The notes beneath the pieces are model-generated. The model did no database searches and was not told where the DNA came from. It was given only the letters and a program-made list of their open reading frames with translations. Below, one piece after another: positions 50,362 to 59,612 of a stretch of 64,000 bases of DNA. Source of the DNA: a bacterium (GTDB lineage: Bacteria > UBA8248); contig CBDBBI010000010.1 in the NCBI GenBank assembly GCA_965202625.1, positions 800,001-864,000 of the forward strand, in the 5' to 3' direction. Each line of letters starts with the position of its first letter. Positions within the stretch are counted from its first letter, which is position 1. The position numbers and the translations under genes are program-made.

Positions 50362-50578
50362 CTTCGGCGCGCGGAGATGGACACAAGAACAGGGTTTCTG
50401 GGTCATTGAACGCGACGGGGTGCTCAACCCCAAGCATTCCATATACGCGATCCCGTTGATTGAACAACCCGCGACGAGATGAAAACAGGTCCCCAGCACA
50501 TCGATCATCAGAATGCGCGCCGCCGCGGGACTCTGAAGGCAAAGCCAGGGGGCTTTCGTCAACTAGCCGCGTCAAAAC

Positions 50579-51223
50579 TCAAGGCCAGGCGTTCACGCCC
50601 ACAATCTTATCCAACGGACACCGATCGGCGGGCTTGAAACGGGTTCCCAGCGTATAGGCCACCGGAATAAGCGCCACCTGCATAAAATCATCCGGCACGC
50701 CGAGCAAGTCTGCCGCCTCCGCCTCACAGCGTAGATGCAGGGTGGTGAACACGGAGCCCAGGCCGCGCGACCTGAGCGCCAGCTGAAAATTCCAGACCGC
50801 CGGTATGATGGAGCCCAAGAGGCCTGCCCACATGAACCTCGGCGGATCATCAGGCAGGAAATTCTCGATGCAGGGAATCACATGAACGGGCGCACGCTCA
50901 ATATTCTCGGCCAGATAGATGGCGGAATCGAACACCCGCTCGTTTTGCGCCGACTCTCCGCGCCGCGCGGAAGCCCTGCCCTGCTCCAAATAGTCCCCCG
51001 CTCCCTTGCGGTAGAGAGCACCGAGGCTTCGCCGCAGGGCCGCATCCGTCACGACCACCCAACGCCAGCCCTGGCGGTTCGACCCCGTGGGCGCCTGAAC
51101 CGAGAGATGGAGGCACTCCATCACGACTTCAAGAGGCACCTCGCGGTCGAAATCCAGGCGCTTCCTCACCGAGCGCGTCGTAGAGAGCAGCCTATCGGTC
51201 GTTTCGAGATCAAAATCCGCCAT
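50579..51223 (-). CDS. Nitroreductase family protein
   Basis: TTRSVRKR, APTGSNRQGWRWVVV, LALRSRGLGS. Confidence 0.9.
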   Translation of the reverse strand: MADFDLETTDRLLSTTRSVRKRLDFDREVPLEVVMECLHLSVQAPTGSNRQGWRWVVVTDAALRRSLGALYRKGAGDYLEQGRASARRGESAQNERVFDSAIYLAENIERAPVHVIPCIENFLPDDPPRFMWAGLLGSIIPAVWNFQLALRSRGLGSVFTTLHLRCEAEAADLLGVPDDFMQVALIPVAYTLGTRFKPADRCPLDKIVGVNAWP

Positions 51224-51440
51224 GCGCGGCTCCTTTCAGATGCTTGACCCAAGGATTCTCAGGCGAAGCGGGAATGCGACATGCTAGCAAAAACCGTCAG
51301 CTCCTCCCATATTCGCCGCGCGCATGCGCCCATCGCGGGCCCGAGGCGCCCGCCGCGTCAAGCAAGCCCATTCCCAAACAGAGCGAGGTTCATATATAAT
51401 GATGCCACCTGAACGTCTAAAAGCCAAGATGAGGAAATCC

Positions 51441-52124
51441 ATGCCCAACCAAGCGCAGCGGACTAGCAAAATTCAGATGGTCAACCCCCGGAACGCGGCG
51501 GGCGACACGGCCCGGTTTTTCGAGGCGACGCGCGAGTTTCTCGGCCGCATACCCCATTCAGCGCGCGTGATGGCGAACACGCCCTACGTCGCAAGGCTCT
51601 ACCTGCCCTTCAACGCGACCCTCCAGCGCGAGGGCATGGGTGGGCTACTCACATGCAGGATCAAGGAAATCGTCGTCCTCAAGACGAGCTTCGTGAACGC
51701 CTGCGCCTACTGAATCGCGCACAACACGGCGCTTGGTCAAGCGACGGGACTCACCGATGCGCAGATCGAGACGATCGCCTCCGATGCGTACATGACCTCG
51801 CCCCTCTTAAGCCCCCGGGAGCGTGCCGCCTGCCTCTGGGCGGAACACTTTACGAAGAACACCGCGCGCGCGAACCCCGAAGTCCTTGATGAGGTGAAAA
51901 AGCAGTTCACCGACGGCGAGATCGTCGAGATGTCCCTGATGAGCGGCAAGCAGGGGATGATGAACCGCTTTATGGACTCGTTCGGGATACCCATCGAGGA
52001 GGAGGGCGAGGTGAACAAGATCAAAAAATCGGTGCGGGGCGACCCGCAGAAAATGAAGGCGTATCTGCAATCGCTAATCGACAACTGGCCGGAGGCGTTC
52101 CCCGAACCTCACCCGGATGCGTAG
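51441..52124 (+). CDS. AhpD/CMD-family selenoprotein (TGA 51711-51713 read as Sec)
   Basis: ORFs 51324-51713 and 51792-52124 are in the same frame, separated only by one TGA inside KEIVVLKTSFVNACAY*IAHN (the AhpD CxxC position); SECIS-like hairpin follows. Confidence 0.82.
51730..51743 (+). promoter_or_regulatory. Candidate bacterial SECIS apical hairpin
   Basis: CGCTT-GGTC-AAGCG, with 21 nt between the TGA and a G-first loop, similar to the GGUC loop core of the E. coli fdhF SECIS. Confidence 0.65.
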
Positions 52125-52161
52125 GCTTCCTACGCTGTGCGGCGCTCTTCCGCCCTCCCGA

Positions 52162-53196
52162 TTATAAATAGTCCTTCAGTTCGACCGTACGGGACAAGCG
52201 CGAGCTCGCCTCGGCCGCATACACGACGGCGAGGTTCTCGTGTGCCACTCGACCGTCGACCTCGGGCGTGCGATCCTCGCGCACGCAATCCGCGAAATCC
52301 TCGAGCGCGTCCCTGAACATGTCGCCCTCCGGCATGTCGTAGACGACATCCTCGCCCAGCGGCTCCCTGTCAACGTGGAGACGAACCGGTTCCGGTGCCA
52401 TAGAGGGGTCGCGCCACTGCTGGCCGGTAATGCGAAAATGCGCGATTCCCTTCGTGCCATGCACGTTCATCTGAAACGCCCAGGGACACGCCCAGCCGCC
52501 CCCTACGTAGGAGAGTCTCCCGTTTTCGTGCTCGAGAATCATCATCGAGGCGTCATCCACATCCTCGGTCGCATACATGCGCTTCAGTCTGGCGGTGACG
52601 GACTTTATGGGGCCGTGAAGGTAGCGAAAGGTGTCGACGTGGTGGATGGACAGCTGGATGACCACGCCCGTCGGGTTGAGTTCCCGGCTCGATCGCCACT
52701 TTTCGGGCGTCAGCTCCAGGCCACGCTCCGTGCAAAAATTACTCTCGCTCATCGAGATTTGCCCAAGCGCATCGGCCTCGATCAGCGCCTTCATACGTCT
52801 CGACGCGGCGAGGCGGCGCGCACTGTGGCCTATCGCCAGTTTAGAGCCGGCGCCCTCGACCGCATCGACGATGGCTTTGGAGTGCGCCATGCTGTGGGCG
52901 ATGGGTTTTTCGCAGTATACGTGCTTGCCCGCAACAGCCAGCGCCTCGATGTGCTCCTTGTGATTGTGGTTCGGCGTCGTAAGAATGACGGCCTCGATCT
53001 CCTCATCCCTCAAGAGCGCCTCGAAACTCTCTGCCTCCCGCGCACCGTATCGCTCCATGAAGTCGCGCCGCTTCTCGGGCGTTCGGCTGAAGCACGAGAC
53101 GAGCCGCATCTTGCCTCCACGCAGCGCGGCGTCGGCGAGCACGTTGGACCAACGCCCCAGGCCCATTGAGGCGGCACGCACGGGTTCAAACAACAT
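52162..53196 (-). CDS. Gfo/Idh/MocA family oxidoreductase
   Basis: MGLGRW, TTPNHNH, GKHVYCEKP, IHHVD. Confidence 0.9.
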   Translation of the reverse strand: MLFEPVRAASMGLGRWSNVLADAALRGGKMRLVSCFSRTPEKRRDFMERYGAREAESFEALLRDEEIEAVILTTPNHNHKEHIEALAVAGKHVYCEKPIAHSMAHSKAIVDAVEGAGSKLAIGHSARRLAASRRMKALIEADALGQISMSESNFCTERGLELTPEKWRSSRELNPTGVVIQLSIHHVDTFRYLHGPIKSVTARLKRMYATEDVDDASMMILEHENGRLSYVGGGWACPWAFQMNVHGTKGIAHFRITGQQWRDPSMAPEPVRLHVDREPLGEDVVYDMPEGDMFRDALEDFADCVREDRTPEVDGRVAHENLAVVYAAEASSRLSRTVELKDYL

Positions 53197-53298
53197 GACC
53201 TCCCTCCTTTAGCAATTGCAAGCGACACGACCGGTCGAGCGCGCCACACACGCGCCTAAGCGAGAGGAAAGAAGCACCTACCCGTCGCGGCGTCTCCG

Positions 53299-53754
53299 CT
53301 AGATGCTCACCTGGAAATTCGGCAGACGGGCGTCTCCCCCATCGGCCGAGCGCACGCTCAAATCCTCCAGAGTGGTTTCCCGCAGCGTCTTCTCTATCGC
53401 GTCTTCTAGTTTTTTCCACAAAAGACGGCTTCCGCAGGTCGGAATGTGCGGGCACGGAACCGAAGGCGGGCCCTCGCCGCAGTCCACCGGCTGAATCGTC
53501 TCCCCCACCGCAAACAAAACATCCTTCATGTTGATTTGGGATGGCGGCAGCGCCAGAACGTAGCCGCCTCCCGGCCCTCTCGTGCTGCTCACCAGAGAAG
53601 CCCTCCGCATTTTCACGAACAACTGCTCAAGGTAGTGCTGGCTGATTTTCAGCCCGCCGGCTATCTGGGGCAAGGGAACGGGGTGCGCTTGCGAATGCCT
53701 AGATAGTTCGATCATGGCGAGCACGGCGTAGCGTCCCTTGGTCGATATCTTCAT
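53299..53754 (-). CDS. Rrf2 family regulator (IscR/CymR-like, three Cys)
   Basis: MKISTKGRYA, YLEQL, STRGPGGGY, C..C..C cluster ligands. Confidence 0.92.
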   Translation of the reverse strand: MKISTKGRYAVLAMIELSRHSQAHPVPLPQIAGGLKISQHYLEQLFVKMRRASLVSSTRGPGGGYVLALPPSQINMKDVLFAVGETIQPVDCGEGPPSVPCPHIPTCGSRLLWKKLEDAIEKTLRETTLEDLSVRSADGGDARLPNFQVSI

Positions 53755-54578
53755 TCGCGGCGTCCCCCCGTCTCGCTTCTCGGCATTGTCCGCTCAACGA
53801 ACGCTTTTCGGCCCGCGGGGGTTTGCGCTTTCCGGCGCCGCGCGAGGGCGCAAGCCGGACAACGCGGGTCTTGCGCCACCGTCAGTCCCCCAAAGGCGTC
53901 ACTCCAAAAATCAGCCGTCAGTAGCCTGTTCAACCAGGTCGGTTTCCGCCCTGCGAGAATCCGGAGCGCGTCGGCCGCCTGCGCCATGCCTACGAAACCC
54001 GCCACGGCACCAAAGACGCCCGTCTCCGCGCAGTCAAGACCCTTTACGCTCACGCCCTCATCCCCCACCAAGCACCGCAAACACGCACTCTCGCCTGGGA
54101 AAATCGTCATTACCTGCCCAAAAAATCGCAAGACACCCCCCATCACCCAAGGCTTGCCCAACGAGGCGCACGCGCTGTTCAGGGCGAGCTTTGAGGGTAA
54201 ATTATCACTTCCATCAACCACGACGCCGTAGGGCGCGATGATTTCGGCGGCGTTCTTCGGCGTGAGCTTTAGAGGAATCCTGTCCACCGACACGCACGTG
54301 GAGAACCGCGATAGGAAATCCGCGCCCGAGTCCACTTTCTTCCGGCCAACATCCTCCGTTCGGTGGAGAATCTGGCGCGCCAGGTTGTCAAGGGTAACGA
54401 CGTCGTGATCCACCATCCCGATCCGCCCCACACCAGAGGCCGCAAGAGCGAGAGCAGCGGGCGAACCCAGACCGCCGACCCCCAGAACAAGCGCGGACGA
54501 AGCCGCCAGCGCGCCCGCGGAACTTGCGCAGTCCCCAAACGCGCCTTCGGACACCGCCAGAGCGTTCGCGCAGTTCAC
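53751..54578 (-). CDS. MoeB/ThiF E1-like adenylyltransferase lacking the N-terminal RYSR helix
   Basis: GVGGLG, DHDVVTLDNLARQ, DGSDN, CLRC and CPAC zinc site, DCAETGV; GTG start overlaps the JAB gene stop. Confidence 0.88.
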   Translation of the reverse strand: MNCANALAVSEGAFGDCASSAGALAASSALVLGVGGLGSPAALALAASGVGRIGMVDHDVVTLDNLARQILHRTEDVGRKKVDSGADFLSRFSTCVSVDRIPLKLTPKNAAEIIAPYGVVVDGSDNLPSKLALNSACASLGKPWVMGGVLRFFGQVMTIFPGESACLRCLVGDEGVSVKGLDCAETGVFGAVAGFVGMAQAADALRILAGRKPTWLNRLLTADFWSDAFGGLTVAQDPRCPACALARRRKAQTPAGRKAFVERTMPRSETGGRRE

Positions 54579-55069
54579 GCTCCCGCCTCCTCTACGATTT
54601 CCAGCTCGCTTGGGACGAAAGTCTTCCGCCCCCCATCCCAGGAAAACACCTTCTGGCCGCAAACCAAGCCCTCACGCACGCTCATGACGACATGCTCCGC
54701 TTCCGGAAACGATGGGACGTCGCCAAAGGGAAGCGCCGCGTCCTTGTCCTCCTGCGAGAAATAGGCGTCCTCGTCCGGGTGGCTGTGATATATGCCGCGA
54801 ATCACCTCGCCAGTTTCTCTCGCGCGCTCAAGAATGCGTTTAAACTCGAAGGGATCAATCAGAAAAGCGCGGCGTGCCGTCCGGGGATAGGCTTGGGGGT
54901 CTCGCCCATGCATTTCGTTCTGAACGTTTCTGCAGGGTAGAAGACGGAAGCGCGCGCATATCCGCTCCTCCGCGCGCGGCGGACCGAGGATCAGGCCACA
55001 ACATTCATCGGGATAGGCCTCCCGCGCACACCGGCGCATCACCTCTACCTGTTCACGATTCAAGCGCAA
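54575..55069 (-). CDS. JAB/MPN+ (Mec-like, M67) metallopeptidase
   Basis: YPDECCG and YHSHPDEDAYFSQED JAMM motif. Confidence 0.92.
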   Translation of the reverse strand: MRLNREQVEVMRRCAREAYPDECCGLILGPPRAEERICARFRLLPCRNVQNEMHGRDPQAYPRTARRAFLIDPFEFKRILERARETGEVIRGIYHSHPDEDAYFSQEDKDAALPFGDVPSFPEAEHVVMSVREGLVCGQKVFSWDGGRKTFVPSELEIVEEAGA

Positions 55070-55070
55070 A

Positions 55071-56033
55071 TCAAGCCTCCTGGCGCGCCTCGCTCAAATA
55101 TCTGTCTCCGCCATCAGGAAACAGGGTGACGATGACGCCCCTTTCTATCCGCTTCGCCACCTCGCGGACTCCAACGAGCGCGGCGCCTGCGGAGTGGCCG
55201 ATAAAAAGCCCCTCCTCTTTCGCGGCCCTCTCGGCCAACACGTAGCTTTCCTCGGTGCTCGCCAAAATCAGCCGATCGTGGACGCTCTCATCGTAAATTC
55301 CCGGGCGAATGGCCGTGGGGATATGCTTCATGCCTTCGAGACCGTGGAATGACTCTGAAGGCATCACCGCGTGAACCTCAACGTCAGTCTTCCTCGTTTT
55401 CAGGCCGCGTCCTGTGCCCACAAGGGTGCCCGTCGTACCGAGGCCAGCGACGAAATGCGCCACGCACCCATCGGTCTGTTCCAAAATTTCCACTGCCGTA
55501 GTTTCGGCATGGGCGCGAGGGTTCGCCGGGTTGTCGTATTGACATGGCAAGAAGTATTTCTCCGGCTCATCTCGATACATTTTCGCCGCGAGACGCTGCG
55601 CGCCGTCCGAGCCTTCCATCGGATCCGAAAAAATGACGTCGGCCCCATAGCCCCGCAACGTCGCCTTGCGCTCATCGCTCGCGTTCGCCGGAAGGACGAG
55701 GCGGACGGGAATTCCCAGCGCCGCTCCAATCATGGCGTAGGCGATGCCGGTATTCCCGCTCGTAGAATCGAGAAGAACCTTGCCGGAGCGCAATCGCCCG
55801 GATTCCAAGCCATCCCTTACCATGAAGAGCGCGGGCCGATCCTTCACCGAGCCGCCTGGGTTGAACCACTCCGCTTTGGCATACGCTTCCACATGAGGGA
55901 ACTCGCTCCTGAACAAGTTGAGTGCGAGCAGGGGTGTGTTGCCGATACATTTGAGAATGGCAGAATCCTCTATGTCCCTGAACACGCTTCCGGAATTTCG
56001 CACCGTGGATTCGATCATTGGCATGGCCCCCAT
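55071..56033 (-). CDS. cysM: Cysteine synthase, CysM-like
   Basis: IGNTPL, NPGGSVKDR, STSGNTG, GLGTTGT, FPDGGDRYLS. Start may be a few codons downstream. Confidence 0.88.
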   Translation of the reverse strand: MGAMPMIESTVRNSGSVFRDIEDSAILKCIGNTPLLALNLFRSEFPHVEAYAKAEWFNPGGSVKDRPALFMVRDGLESGRLRSGKVLLDSTSGNTGIAYAMIGAALGIPVRLVLPANASDERKATLRGYGADVIFSDPMEGSDGAQRLAAKMYRDEPEKYFLPCQYDNPANPRAHAETTAVEILEQTDGCVAHFVAGLGTTGTLVGTGRGLKTRKTDVEVHAVMPSESFHGLEGMKHIPTAIRPGIYDESVHDRLILASTEESYVLAERAAKEEGLFIGHSAGAALVGVREVAKRIERGVIVTLFPDGGDRYLSEARQEA

Positions 56034-56042
56034 TCTGACGTC

Positions 56043-56696
56043 CTAAAACGTTCCAGGAGACGATCGCGTTCGCTTCGTGGCGCCGCGTGAAAGATCAAAA
56101 CGGGCCTGAGTAGTCGACCCCACCGTGTCCGCCCCATCAACTAGGCGCCGCAAGGCCCTAGCTGCTAGCCACGCGCCCAAAACGCCCTGAGTCGCCGCCA
56201 TTTGCGCCTCTCTACCGGGTGAGGCCGCGTCGCCCCCCTCAGACGCTCCACTCCCCTCGAGAATCTCTGCCACGGCGCCGCGCACGACAATTCTTTTTGC
56301 GGCTTTGAACGCCGCGAAATCCTCAACGGATTCATCGCCCAGCCAAACAAGCAAGTCGAAATGCGCCCCGACTACCTCGTTCGGACGATACCGAATGAAC
56401 CGCGCATCCGGGTTGAGGCTCTGGACACCACCGCAGGCGCCGAGAAATGGAGAGAGGGAAAATTCATCTCGAAGCCGCCCACCCTCGGTATCGAATCCAT
56501 CGAGTGGACACCACCCAATGCGGCCTACACCTGCGGCCGCCAGGTAGACCAAGGCGAGGGCCGCGGCGCCTTCTTCATTTATCGAAAACGCGATAAGGAC
56601 GGATGAAGCCAAAAGACGCTCTTGCCCGACTCCTCCCACCTCGGGAAGCAGAACGTGGCGGCTGTATCGCTGGATCTGCTCCTCCGTCAAGTTCAA
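56043..56696 (-). CDS. Catalytically degenerate MoeB/ThiF-like protein
   Basis: Keeps RYSRHVLLPEVGGVGQERL, YLAAAGVGRIG, LNPD and GVLGAWLAARALRRL, but has no GxGxxG, no NLxRQ and no CxxC. Confidence 0.8.
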   Translation of the reverse strand: MNLTEEQIQRYSRHVLLPEVGGVGQERLLASSVLIAFSINEEGAAALALVYLAAAGVGRIGWCPLDGFDTEGGRLRDEFSLSPFLGACGGVQSLNPDARFIRYRPNEVVGAHFDLLVWLGDESVEDFAAFKAAKRIVVRGAVAEILEGSGASEGGDAASPGREAQMAATQGVLGAWLAARALRRLVDGADTVGSTTQARFDLSRGATKRTRSSPGTF

Positions 56697-56729
56697 AGAG
56701 CGGCTCTCCTTTCAGGCTGTAGAAAGCGG

Positions 56730-57008
56730 CTACAGCCCGCCCGCAATCGCTGGCACGATAGAGAGTTCATCGCCATCGCTCACCGCCGTTCCCTCGCCTT
56801 GCAAGAAGCGAATATCCTCCTGATTCACGTAGATGTTCACGAAACGGCGCAACCTAGCTTCATCGTCATAGAGACGCTGGCGAATGCCGGCGAATCGCCT
56901 ATCAAGGTTCTCAAGTACCTCCCTAACGTCCTCGCCCTCGATCTCCACGGCGTCTCGCTGCTGCGTGAACTCTTGCAAAGGTGTCGGAATACGAACCGTT
57001 ACCGCCAT
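56730..57008 (-). CDS. Ubiquitin-like sulfur carrier (CysO/MoaD/ThiS family) ending GG-L
   Basis: VTVRIPTPL, RFVNIYVNQEDIRFL, IVPAIAGGL*. Confidence 0.92.
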   Translation of the reverse strand: MAVTVRIPTPLQEFTQQRDAVEIEGEDVREVLENLDRRFAGIRQRLYDDEARLRRFVNIYVNQEDIRFLQGEGTAVSDGDELSIVPAIAGGL

Positions 57009-57060
57009 TTCCGCCTCCTGATCTGAAAACCCCTCTTAGGGGATGGTCGAAATAAAATTC

Positions 57061-58020
57061 CTAACGAAACTGCCGCTCCAGACTATAATATCTCTCCCAG
57101 CCATCGGGTATGACCACCACCATGTTCTCATCCGGATGCATCCGCCTAGCCACGCGCAGGGCGGCGCAAACAGCTGCGCCCGCCGAGATGCCGGCGGCCA
57201 TACCTTCCTCCCGGCTCAGGGATTTACTCATGTCGTAGGCCTCTTCATCCGTCACTTGGACCACCTCGTCAATGATATTTCGATTCAAAACTCCGGGAAT
57301 GAAGCCGGCGCCAATCCCCTGTATTTGGTGCGGTGCCGGCTCTCCGCCAGAGAGAACGGGAGAGGCGGAGGGCTCCACGCCGACGATCAGGATTTGCGGC
57401 CTCCTCTCCTTCAAAACCTCGCCCACACCCGTGATTGTCCCCCCTGTGCCCACGCCCGCCACGAAGGCGTCCACCGATTCCATACCCATGTCGCGCAGAA
57501 TCTCCCGCGCCGTGGTTCTGCGATGAATTTCCGGATTGGCCGGATTGTTAAACTGCTGGGGCATAAAATAATCCGGATTCTCCGCCAAAAGGGCCTCCGC
57601 CTTCACGAGCGAGCCGTACATGCCCCCTTCGCTTGAGCTGAACACCACCTCCGCCCCGTAGCCCGTGAGCAGTGCGTGCCGCTCGTGGCTCATGCTCCTG
57701 CTCAAGACGATGATCGTCCGATAGCCTCGAATGGCGCCGATGAGCGCGAGACCGATGCCCGTGTTACCGCTCGTAGGCTCGATGATCGTTCCGCCGGGCT
57801 TGAGCAAACCGCGCCGCTCGCCGTCCAACACCATACTGAGCGCAATACGATCCTTCACGCTTCCGCCGGGGTTGTATTGCTCCAGCTTGGCGAACACGCG
57901 CGCTCCCGACGAATCGGGGAGACGCCGCAGCTGGACGAGACTCGTGCTCCCGATACCATCAAGTAGCGAGGGGAGCGCTCTCAAAATCCGAGGCGGGCGG
58001 CCCCGGGTGCCCAACGCCAT
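57061..58020 (-). CDS. cysK: Cysteine synthase A
   Basis: NPGGSVKDRIA, EPTSGNTGIGLA, QQFNNPANP, GVGTGGT, HQIQGIG. Confidence 0.92.
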   Translation of the reverse strand: MALGTRGRPPRILRALPSLLDGIGSTSLVQLRRLPDSSGARVFAKLEQYNPGGSVKDRIALSMVLDGERRGLLKPGGTIIEPTSGNTGIGLALIGAIRGYRTIIVLSRSMSHERHALLTGYGAEVVFSSSEGGMYGSLVKAEALLAENPDYFMPQQFNNPANPEIHRRTTAREILRDMGMESVDAFVAGVGTGGTITGVGEVLKERRPQILIVGVEPSASPVLSGGEPAPHQIQGIGAGFIPGVLNRNIIDEVVQVTDEEAYDMSKSLSREEGMAAGISAGAAVCAALRVARRMHPDENMVVVIPDGWERYYSLERQFR

Positions 58021-58072
58021 CAGAGTTCCCCCTTCCCCCAAAATCCCCTCACGCGAAAACCCTAACCCACGA

Positions 58073-58107
58073 GAGACTATAATTCCTAAATAAAAGTGTC
58101 AAGAATT
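58073..58107 (-). promoter_or_regulatory. Promoter of the cys/sulfur-carrier operon with overlapping candidate Rrf2 operator
   Basis: Minus strand TTGACA-N17-TAGTCT; imperfect palindrome AATTCCTAAA-N7-GTCAAGAATT (58081-58107) covers the -35. Confidence 0.55.
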
Positions 58108-58215
58108 TCTAAATTCCGTGATTTTACATTTTCTCCAGCACACTCCCAATATATTCTCCTTATGCTACATTCTCATGGCGCGCACGTCTTATGATATGAT
58201 GTAAGGAGAGTGGAC

Positions 58216-59037
58216 ATGAGAAAATCCCCGACGATTCCCCCCATCGCCTTGACGATAGCGGGATCAGACTCCGGCGGCGGTGCGGGAATTCAAGCCGACC
58301 TGAAAACTTTCGGTGCGTTCGGCGTCTATGGCGCCTCGATCATCACCGCCCTGACGGCGCAAAACACCGTGGGCGTCCAAGCGACGCACGACGTACCGCC
58401 CGACTTCATCGGAGCGCAACTCAACTCGGTGTGCTCTGACCTTGCAATCGCGAGTGCCAAAATCGGTATGCTCGCCACGGCCGAGGTCATCGAGGTAATC
58501 GCCGAGAGGGTGAAAGCGCACGCGGTCGCTCCCGTCGTGCTTGACCCGGTGATGGTCGCAAAAAGCGGGGATCGGCTTTTGCTGTCTGACGCGAAAGACG
58601 CGCTCGTTGAAAAGCTCTTTCCGTTGGCGGAAATCATCACTCCCAACGCGGATGAGGCGCGGGACATTCTAGAAATAGGGGAAATCAGAAACCTATCGGA
58701 CATGAAAACGGCCGCCCGCATGCTCCACGAGCGAGGAGCCAGACGCGTTTTGTTGAAGGGGGGACACATCACCGAAGGGGCAGTAGATTTCTTTTTCGAC
58801 GGGGAAAACGAGGTCACCCTGAAAGGCAGGCGCGTCGACACGCCACACACCCACGGGACGGGGTGCACGCTGTCCTCGGCCATCGCCGCGAGCATGGCGC
58901 TGGGCGCATCGACCATTGAGGCGACGAGGCGGGCGAAGCGCTTCATTCAAGGCGCCATCGAGAACGCACTGGACATCGGAAACGGAAGAGGGCCGCTTAA
59001 CCACATGTATCGCCAACGCAAAGAGGAACTGCCATAA
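58216..59037 (+). CDS. thiD: Hydroxymethylpyrimidine/phosphomethylpyrimidine kinase
   Basis: LTIAGSDSGGGAGIQADLKT, LDPVM, LKGGH, THGTGCTLS. Confidence 0.95.
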   Translation: MRKSPTIPPIALTIAGSDSGGGAGIQADLKTFGAFGVYGASIITALTAQNTVGVQATHDVPPDFIGAQLNSVCSDLAIASAKIGMLATAEVIEVIAERVKAHAVAPVVLDPVMVAKSGDRLLLSDAKDALVEKLFPLAEIITPNADEARDILEIGEIRNLSDMKTAARMLHERGARRVLLKGGHITEGAVDFFFDGENEVTLKGRRVDTPHTHGTGCTLSSAIAASMALGASTIEATRRAKRFIQGAIENALDIGNGRGPLNHMYRQRKEELP

Positions 59038-59114
59038 GTCGTCCACCCCTGGGGGCGTGAATCGTTTGTATTTCGGGTCATACGGGTCCCCATTCATGCC
59101 GAGAAGGAGCCGCC

Positions 59115-59528
59115 ATGAATCGTCGTCCCCATGACAAGCCCTTGCGCGTGCGGGAGCGCGAGGCCTCGAGTGGAGAGCTGCCCGTGCCCGGAGGCAGGAG
59201 CGTGTTTCGAATTCTGCTGGACGAGGAGAGCGTGGGTGCCAAACGCTTCGCCCTGCTCGTCAACGAGTTCGAACCAGGGTTGACCTCTGTCGCTCACAAG
59301 CACGATACAGAGGAACACGCTTTCTACGTCATCAGCGGAACAGGGGTGGTCGAGGTGGAGCGAGAGAAAATATACGTGACGCCGGGAGATGCGGTTTTCG
59401 TGCCACCGGGCAAAATGCACCAAATATCGAGCACGGGTGACGCGCCACTCAAATATGTGGTTCTATACTCTCCGCCAGGTCCCAACATGGCGCTCAGGGA
59501 AAAAGGCGCCTATGGACTCGCCGAATGA
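59115..59528 (+). CDS. Cupin domain protein
   Basis: HKHDTEEHAFYVISG and PGDAVFVPPGKMH. Confidence 0.88.
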   Translation: MNRRPHDKPLRVREREASSGELPVPGGRSVFRILLDEESVGAKRFALLVNEFEPGLTSVAHKHDTEEHAFYVISGTGVVEVEREKIYVTPGDAVFVPPGKMHQISSTGDAPLKYVVLYSPPGPNMALREKGAYGLAE

Positions 59529-59612
59529 CGGGGGCTCGTTCGCCGAATCGTCTCCACGTCTTTACAAAAAAGCGGCCGGAAATCAAAATCAAACCCTTCT
59601 CGGAAATAAAAA

